Source of the DNA: a virus
Taxonomy: Duplodnaviria > Heunggongvirae > Uroviricota > Caudoviricetes
Strand: one strand, 5' to 3'
Length of the DNA: 64,000 bases
IMG/VR virus record: IMGVR_UViG_3300032731_000668
Coordinates: 64,001 to 128,000 of that record
Shown here: positions 58,623 to 64,000 of the stretch, piece after piece
Layout: each line of letters begins with the position of its first letter
How positions within the stretch are numbered: the stretch's first letter is position 1
Program-made: the position numbers and the translations under genes
The notes under the pieces: model-generated
The model's database searches: none
What the model saw: only the letters and a program-made list of their open reading frames with translations
What the model was told of the DNA's origin: nothing

Positions 58623-59525
58623 CTATAAATCATAAATATCGTTATAAAATCCATTTTTTATTCTATAAACAGTTGACATACTAATATCTATTTCTTTCAA
58701 TATTTTTACTACGGGTATGCCATTATTTAATAGTTCTAAAATCTCTAAGACTATTTCTTCTTTAAAAATTTTGTAATTATTTTTACCACTATTTGCTTCA
58801 GATATTTTCTTTTTTGTTTCTTCGGAGTGAACTTTTCCAAGCATTCCTACATGATTTTCAGATATCTTTCTTTTTGTTTCCTCAGAATGTTTTTGCCCTT
58901 TTTTGGCTTTGCGCATTTTTTCTTTAGTTTCTTCAGAATGATGTTTTCCAAAATTAGGACTATCTTTTCCTCGTTTTCCCCACATAGGCGCATCTTCTCC
59001 AGAAAGACGTGCACTATTTTTAGATATTTTTCCTTTTGTTTTTTCAGAAAGATGTTTTCCCCACATATGATTTTTTTTACCAACATATTTTCCTTTGAGG
59101 GTATTAGATATCTTCTTTATGGTTTCATCAGAATGATGTTTGCCAAAATTGGGATGGTCTTTGCCAGAAAGACGTACATGATTTTCAGACATTAATTTTT
59201 TTGTTTCTAATGAACGTTTTATTCCTTTATTGCTATCTACACAATCTCGAATATTGTAGGATAGTCCATGTGTTTTGTCTATATCGCAAAATAACTGTTC
59301 ATATTTAGTTAATTCTTTTTGCCTACAATAAATTAGAATTTCAAATACAAAAAATTCTTTTCCGTATTTGTTATAAGAATTTTGTAAATGCGAATTTTTA
59401 TGTTTATTGTTTTTTAATTTACTCCAATGCTGCCCAGGTCTCTCTTTTAAATGTATACTCTGCCCAGCATAACAAACATTCGTTACAATATTCCTTATCT
59501 GATAAATCCCACAATTTAGATCCAT
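58623..59525 (-). CDS. GIY-YIG homing endonuclease with multiple NUMOD3 motifs
   Basis: [15 protein letters not shown]; repeated GKHHSEET(K); [12 protein letters not shown]. Confidence 0.9.
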   Translation of the reverse strand: MDLNCGIYQIRNIVTNVCYAGQSIHLKERPGQHWSKLKNNKHKNSHLQNSYNKYGKEFFVFEILIYCRQKELTKYEQLFCDIDKTHGLSYNIRDCVDSNKGIKRSLETKKLMSENHVRLSGKDHPNFGKHHSDETIKKISNTLKGKYVGKKNHMWGKHLSEKTKGKISKNSARLSGEDAPMWGKRGKDSPNFGKHHSEETKEKMRKAKKGQKHSEETKRKISENHVGMLGKVHSEETKKKISEANSGKNNYKIFKEEIVLEILELLNNGIPVVKILKEIDISMSTVYRIKNGFYNDIYDL

Positions 59526-59554
59526 TTCTATTCCTCCAAGTACTCCATAAATTT

Positions 59555-59620
59555 AAAAAACGGGAAATAGTGGAGTTCTACTTATCGGCTGGTCTATAAG
59601 TCCCAACCTATCCCGTTTTT
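59555..59620 (-). ncRNA. Three-way-junction RNA leader, copy 1
   Basis: Minus strand AAAAACGGGA-UA-GGUUGG..CCAGCC-GAUA-AGUAG.AACUCCA.CUAUU-UCCCGUUUUU. Confidence 0.8.
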
Positions 59621-59659
59621 ACTGTATTAAAAACCACATAAAATACGAATTTTATTATG

Positions 59660-59908
59660 TTATTTTACCTTTAACTGTTTCTCAACTTCTTTAGCAATCT
59701 TCTCGCCCAATGTTTCCACTGGCTCAACAGGTGTTGGTTCTATTGATATCTCATAGTCCAATGGTGTTTTCTGTTTTTTGTTCCACTCAAGAAATTTACG
59801 AAAGTCCCTGTTTAGTGGTTCAAACGGAATAGACATATTACCTTTTTGAATTGACACTGGTTCGCCTGTAAAATCATAGTTTATTTTATACATGTTATAG
59901 CTCCGCAT
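59660..59908 (-). CDS. Small tail-fibre-associated protein
   Basis: SIPFEP.NRDF..FLEW pattern; follows the fibre gene. Confidence 0.6.
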   Translation of the reverse strand: MRSYNMYKINYDFTGEPVSIQKGNMSIPFEPLNRDFRKFLEWNKKQKTPLDYEISIEPTPVEPVETLGEKIAKEVEKQLKVK

Positions 59909-61907
59909 CTAAGTTTACCTGTCCATTCGGGGTCCACATGCAAGGTCTCTGGTTAGCTGCGACTGCCTGTGTTGTTAGGTCTATATATCCTCCTTCAGAA
60001 TCTGCATTCAAAGTTGCAACTGTAACATTGCGAAATTGTATTCCTGGGTCAACAACAGCATTTGCTCCTACAATCAATGTGCCAGTAGGTGTTATTCTCA
60101 TAGATACTGGGAAAGGTCCAGAAACAGTTGCGCTTGTAGTACTGGTCGCCCACCATGAACCAAACCATTTCGGGAGAAATTGAAAATATCTTAGACATAA
60201 ATCCTTTTCTGCCCCAATCGGTCTCGCCACAAAATCGGTACACGTTGCTCCTAATTCTAATTTCACCCATTGAATTTGCAGTATGTCGTTAGCCGCAGCA
60301 TCAGCGTCATCAACCCAAATAAATACACCAACGTTCTTTGTAGCCGCTGTATCAACCGCAATATTTTCAATCGTAAATGTTTGATATGCGGCAGTTAGCA
60401 AATTGTCAGTAGCCACGTTTTCATAAGTCCAGTTAGCAACTAATGTTGGTACAGTTCCTTCTGCTTCCCATGCAGAAACCACATCGCTTGTAACCGTGTC
60501 AGCCGCCCCGTCCCATGAAATAACCGCAGCCCTTACGTTCCTAATTGCAGCCCCGGTAGTCTTTGCCCTGAATGATAGTGAAACAACCTGGTCTATTTGC
60601 GGACTGTCTTTGGTTTCAAGTATCTGTATAAAACCGAATTTCTTATTAGCCGTTGCTACAAGTGCCTGTATAGCAAACGGGTTTTCATCACTCGTTACTG
60701 CTAATTGCGAAACATCAACAATATCGTTACCATCTGACAATAATACCCACCTATCAAGCAAATAGGTATCATCACTATTTAATGGAACAGTTGCTGCTGT
60801 GAACGCAGTTCCTCTTTGTGCTACTGCGAAACCAGGGTTGATTAGGGAGTTTTGATTTATAATTCTACTATCAATTTTGCTTCCACTAAGAACGTGTCCA
60901 TAGGTGTCTACAATCACCGATGCGTAAGAACCTGCCGTGACAGCCGAGACATTATGTTTAGCAACAGAGCCAGAGGTATCGGAAAGTATTGCTGAGCCAG
61001 CAATAGTTGTTGCTCCCGCTACAACTTGACTCCCGCTAAGAACGTGTCCATAAGTATCCACGATCACCGAGCTATATGAACCTGCGGTGATTGCAGAGAC
61101 ATCATGTTTGACAACGGAGCCTGCTGTAGTTGTCATAATTGCAGAACCAGCGATCTCGATTAGCATCAAAGAACCAGCAGTCTCTATCGCTACGATTGAA
61201 CCACTGTTCCAAACCACCTGTTCTTTTAGCAAAGAGCCAGCGGTCTCTATTGCTACAATTGACCCACTATTCCAAACAACTTGGTCATTTAACAAAGAGC
61301 CAGCGGTCTCAATTTCGACAATCGAACCTTGGATGTAGCCTATTAGACTTGAATTGGCTGAAATAGACCCGCTATTCCAGTCTATGAGAGTATCTTGCGC
61401 CACATCATAGGATGCAACTTCGCTTCCACTAAGGACGTGCCCGTAAATATCGACAATTACCGAAGCATAAGAACCTGCTGTTACAGCCGAGACATCATGT
61501 TTAACTACGGAACCAGTTGTTGTTGTCATGATCGCAGAACCGGCGATAGATGATAAATCTCCCGTCCCCGTTGTACTTCCATCTATAACATGTCCGTAGG
61601 CGTCAACAATAACTGCACTATAAGAACCCGCTGTGATTGCCGAGACATCGTGTTTGACAACTGAACCAGTGGTTGTTGTCATGATTGCCGAGCCAGCGAT
61701 TGGGTTTGCAATAAAGGTATCTATCTGGGCATGAGTATTTGTGCCTATGCTAGTTAGGTTTGTATGATCTACTGCACTACCGCTATCTGAATCAGTATGG
61801 TCGTGTATATTGGTTCCTACATGTGCGGCATTCCAATCAGAAGGACGAACATTAGCAGGATTTGCGGTATCAGCAACGCCAGACACTTTCGAGTGTTTTG
61901 TACTCAT
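59895..61907 (-). CDS. Tail fibre / receptor-binding protein with internal repeats
   Basis: 4 copies of IAGSA..GSVVKHDVSA.TAGSY..VIVD.YGHV..GS; C-terminal LINPGFAVAQRG..DRW domain. Confidence 0.8.
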   Translation of the reverse strand: MSTKHSKVSGVADTANPANVRPSDWNAAHVGTNIHDHTDSDSGSAVDHTNLTSIGTNTHAQIDTFIANPIAGSAIMTTTTGSVVKHDVSAITAGSYSAVIVDAYGHVIDGSTTGTGDLSSIAGSAIMTTTTGSVVKHDVSAVTAGSYASVIVDIYGHVLSGSEVASYDVAQDTLIDWNSGSISANSSLIGYIQGSIVEIETAGSLLNDQVVWNSGSIVAIETAGSLLKEQVVWNSGSIVAIETAGSLMLIEIAGSAIMTTTAGSVVKHDVSAITAGSYSSVIVDTYGHVLSGSQVVAGATTIAGSAILSDTSGSVAKHNVSAVTAGSYASVIVDTYGHVLSGSKIDSRIINQNSLINPGFAVAQRGTAFTAATVPLNSDDTYLLDRWVLLSDGNDIVDVSQLAVTSDENPFAIQALVATANKKFGFIQILETKDSPQIDQVVSLSFRAKTTGAAIRNVRAAVISWDGAADTVTSDVVSAWEAEGTVPTLVANWTYENVATDNLLTAAYQTFTIENIAVDTAATKNVGVFIWVDDADAAANDILQIQWVKLELGATCTDFVARPIGAEKDLCLRYFQFLPKWFGSWWATSTTSATVSGPFPVSMRITPTGTLIVGANAVVDPGIQFRNVTVATLNADSEGGYIDLTTQAVAANQRPCMWTPNGQVNLDAEL

Positions 61908-61963
61908 ACTTAGTCCTCCTTATCGTTATATTTAAAATTAATTTATAAATGCATTTGTTCTTA

Positions 61964-62761
61964 CTATCCGCCAACAGCTCTTGCAAAACTATAAGTAAAT
62001 TCAACAAAAGATATTGCACTTGTTATATGTAATGAATTTAAACCAGGTAAAAATCTTAACCAATTTTTATTGAAATATGAAAGACGATAAAGACCAGTTG
62101 TTGAAGAAATTATTTGAAGGCTATTATCTACAGTAATACCTTCATCTGCACTTAGTCCTGTAAAAATAAATTCTCTACCATCATCAGTTGTATTTGTAAA
62201 TGTAAAATCTGCGCCCAGAGAATTGAGTGTAAATTCAATTGTTGGATAGAGATAATTGTTGTTGTCACTATCATTATAAAATGTAAAATCGAAGTCTTGT
62301 ACTGCATCAGGCGAAAAATCATAAGAAAAAGATTGATCTTCTGTATGACCCCACGGAGCGTCACAAACTGCCCTTAAATCCATCCCTACGGGTTTATTAC
62401 CAACATAAATAGTCTCAGAACCAGTGAATATTACATTGAAATATATGCCCTGCATATCGTCTTGACATATGATTAATTTTTTATAACCAGATTTACCAAG
62501 AAGCCATTTAGACATATTCCGTATATCTATAGACGATACAAAATTGTTGTAGCCTATTTTAAAAGTGAATTCTAGCGGGATGCTCTGACTGTTCCCAAAA
62601 TGATAGGGGACAGTTCGACGATATGGCCACTTTTGATTAATTGTTGTTGCGTTACCCGAAGAAGACCTACTTGTCCCGGAGGTACGCTCAAAATTAATTA
62701 TTTGTACGCTGTAATTTTCTGAGGGAATTCCTCCGTAAATGAAGTTCGCGCCAAAAAACAT
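61964..62761 (-). CDS. Distal tail protein (Dit-like)
   Basis: Follows the tape measure; WLLGK.GYKKL; F.CDAPW; WLRFLPG.N.L. Confidence 0.8.
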   Translation of the reverse strand: MFFGANFIYGGIPSENYSVQIINFERTSGTSRSSSGNATTINQKWPYRRTVPYHFGNSQSIPLEFTFKIGYNNFVSSIDIRNMSKWLLGKSGYKKLIICQDDMQGIYFNVIFTGSETIYVGNKPVGMDLRAVCDAPWGHTEDQSFSYDFSPDAVQDFDFTFYNDSDNNNYLYPTIEFTLNSLGADFTFTNTTDDGREFIFTGLSADEGITVDNSLQIISSTTGLYRLSYFNKNWLRFLPGLNSLHITSAISFVEFTYSFARAVGG

Positions 62762-63520
62762 TTAGTCCTCCTTTGATAAATCATAAATATCATCATATTC
62801 ATGATTTTTTACTCTATAAACCGTACGAACACTAACATTAAGAGTTTTTGATATATTTATTGCCGAAATATTTTTGTCAAGCATACACAAAATATCTATA
62901 ACTATTTCTTTTTTTATAGATTTAGACCGACGCATTTTTAAAATAGATTCTGCTGTATGTTGTCTATTATAAAAAGGAGCATCTTTTCCCCTAACGCCCC
63001 ACATAGGATTATTTTTACCTTTGAGATCTCTAGTCTTCCAATTTCTTTTTGGTAAATTATCATAAATATTATCATATCCGCCCTTTTTAATCTTGCCAAT
63101 AGTATTCTTGCAAATACCCGTTTTCTTAGAAATCTCTTTCTGTGACATTTCTTTTGGCATTTTCAGTATTTTTAATACCATCTCTTCTTTTATAAGTTTA
63201 GGTTGACTTTTACATATTTTTGTTCTAGAAATCGATGGGTGATGATACCCGTAAGTACCTTCTCCTCCGCAACAAATATTATACCCAATTTTACGATCTG
63301 TTGAACTATATTTTTTTATCCAATATATTTCTCTCTCACATAAATAATCATGGTCAGTTATTCCATCTTCTAATGTTTCTCTAGTAAAATTTTTTTTACC
63401 ATATTTTTTAATAGCTTTTTTTAAATTTTTTCCTGAACCCAAATAAGATTTTTGATTCCCACAATACTTTCCTATATAAATCATTCCATTGATTTTATTT
63501 GTTGTCTTATAAATAATCAT
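62762..63520 (-). CDS. GIY-YIG homing endonuclease
   Basis: MIIYKTTNKING.IYIGK; Y.GSG; REIYWI; GYNI..GGEG; two HTH units. Confidence 0.9.
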   Translation of the reverse strand: MIIYKTTNKINGMIYIGKYCGNQKSYLGSGKNLKKAIKKYGKKNFTRETLEDGITDHDYLCEREIYWIKKYSSTDRKIGYNICCGGEGTYGYHHPSISRTKICKSQPKLIKEEMVLKILKMPKEMSQKEISKKTGICKNTIGKIKKGGYDNIYDNLPKRNWKTRDLKGKNNPMWGVRGKDAPFYNRQHTAESILKMRRSKSIKKEIVIDILCMLDKNISAINISKTLNVSVRTVYRVKNHEYDDIYDLSKED

Positions 63521-63547
63521 CTATTCCTCCATATCTCCATAAACTTT

Positions 63548-63611
63548 AAAAATGGGAAATAGTGGAGTTCTACTTATCAGTTTAAGAGCGACCTAAACCT
63601 ATCCCATTTTT
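63548..63611 (-). ncRNA. Three-way-junction RNA leader, copy 2
   Basis: Minus strand AAAAAUGGGA-UA-GGUUUAG..UUAAACU-GAUA-AGUAG.AACUCCA.CUAUU-UCCCAUUUUU. Confidence 0.8.
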
Positions 63612-63665
63612 ATCATACTTAATATTCTTTTTAAAACCACATAAAACTATAATTTTATTTGGTTT

Positions 63666-63998
63666 CTAAAGAGAAAAATCTTTAGCATTACGCGAGACTC
63701 CTCTTTTTGTAATTGCTTGATATACTGCCTTGGTTATGTTTTCTTTTAATTCTGGCATAACATTTTTATCAACATTGCCTTCTATTGTTATACTTACAGG
63801 AACATTTGTTTCGCCAGATTTATTTGCAAGAGACAAAAGACCTGGTAACGTATTTCTAATAAAATTATAAGCTTGATTTTCTGTAACTATAACTTCTTCT
63901 TTCAATACATTTGCAAGAACTTCATTTTCTTTCGTTGATGAAGTTGTCGACAAGTCTCTTCCAACAATACCGCCATCATGATATTTGGGAAGTTCGCT
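63666..63998 (-). CDS. Tape measure protein, C-terminal end (5' partial)
   Basis: Open to the window edge: ..LPKYHDGGIVG..NEVLA..; lies upstream of Dit. Confidence 0.75.
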   Translation of the reverse strand, partial: SELPKYHDGGIVGRDLSTTSSTKENEVLANVLKEEVIVTENQAYNFIRNTLPGLLSLANKSGETNVPVSITIEGNVDKNVMPELKENITKAVYQAITKRGVSRNAKDFSL

Positions 63999-64000
63999 GT

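Larger units (their letters stand above)
1269..63665. repeat. Dispersed palindrome family, core ATAAAA-N6-TTTTAT, full consensus AAAACCACATAAAA-N6-TTTTATGTGGTTTT (about 31 copies)
   Basis: Core starts read by eye at 1269, 3353, 3925, 7988, 9910, 10192 (degenerate), 10687, 11840, 12847 (N5), 16800, 18912, 19946, 21148, 21895, 22271, 27131, 27373, 27670, 28231, 30044, 30425, 40648, 41728, 42042, 42645, 43141, 43961, 44411, 52541, 59638, 63641; all at gene junctions. Confidence 0.93.
1..64000. mobile_element. Segment of a large tailed bacteriophage (or prophage) genome; early/middle arm on +, late arm on -
   Basis: Tail, tape-measure and lysis genes, phage replication genes and many small ORFs; no host housekeeping operons; convergent arms meet at a terminator near 51.2 kb. 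Confidence 0.95.

Noticed and set aside
52573-61907. Diversity-generating retroelement acting on the tail fibres
   Set aside because: No reverse transcriptase in the window and no TR/VR pair with adenine-restricted differences seen.
504-62364. Many short ORF-track entries antisense to or nested in called genes
   Set aside because: No SD, atypical composition, and fully overlapped by better-supported ORFs.
1269-63665. Palindrome family as a CRISPR array
   Set aside because: Copies are dispersed and separated by whole genes, not regular 30-40-nt spacers; no cas operon (the PD-(D/E)XK protein sits in the replication block).
1-64000. Stop-codon reassignment
   Set aside because: Long core genes translate intact in the standard code; no suppressor tRNA seen.

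Overview
AT-rich 64 kb segment of a large tailed phage (siphovirus-like, DnaE-type replication). The host is probably a monoderm anaerobe such as Bacillota or Chloroflexota; this is inferred from the TGn-extended sigma70/A promoters, GH25 endolysin, YkuD transpeptidase and lipoproteins. Bases 1-51.2 kb (+ strand) are an early/middle arm. It holds dozens of small ORFs, RNA/tRNA-repair genes (two nucleotidyltransferases, CCA-adding enzyme, intein-containing RtcB, phosphoesterase), an EcoRI-family MTase + DUF262-HNH pair, three canonical tRNAs, one decayed tRNA and two tRNA-like RNAs. It also holds a replication/recombination block (Sak4-like, SSB, primase-helicase, PD-(D/E)XK nuclease, DnaE) and nucleotide metabolism genes (intein-containing class II RNR, dNMP kinase, NT5C, MazG-like). 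Bases 51.2-64 kb (- strand) are late genes (tape-measure end, Dit, tail fibres, GH25 endolysin). Thirteen free-standing GIY-YIG/HNH genes and two inteins occupy about 18% of the window. Three signals stand out. (1) A promoter-driven RNA unit at 4190-4424: a tRNA body whose anticodon loop is replaced by a circularly permuted copy of a UUCCUU-bulge hairpin that also flanks it on both sides, directly upstream of a 617-aa uncharacterised protein (Y-RNA/Ro-like logic). (2) About 31 copies of a palindrome AAAACCACATAAAA-N6-TTTTATGTGGTTTT at gene junctions, with neighbouring copies sharing spacers, suggesting a phage gene-cassette recombination/operator system. (3) A covarying three-way-junction RNA in front of both late GIY-YIG genes. 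All calls are from manual reading; no searches were run.
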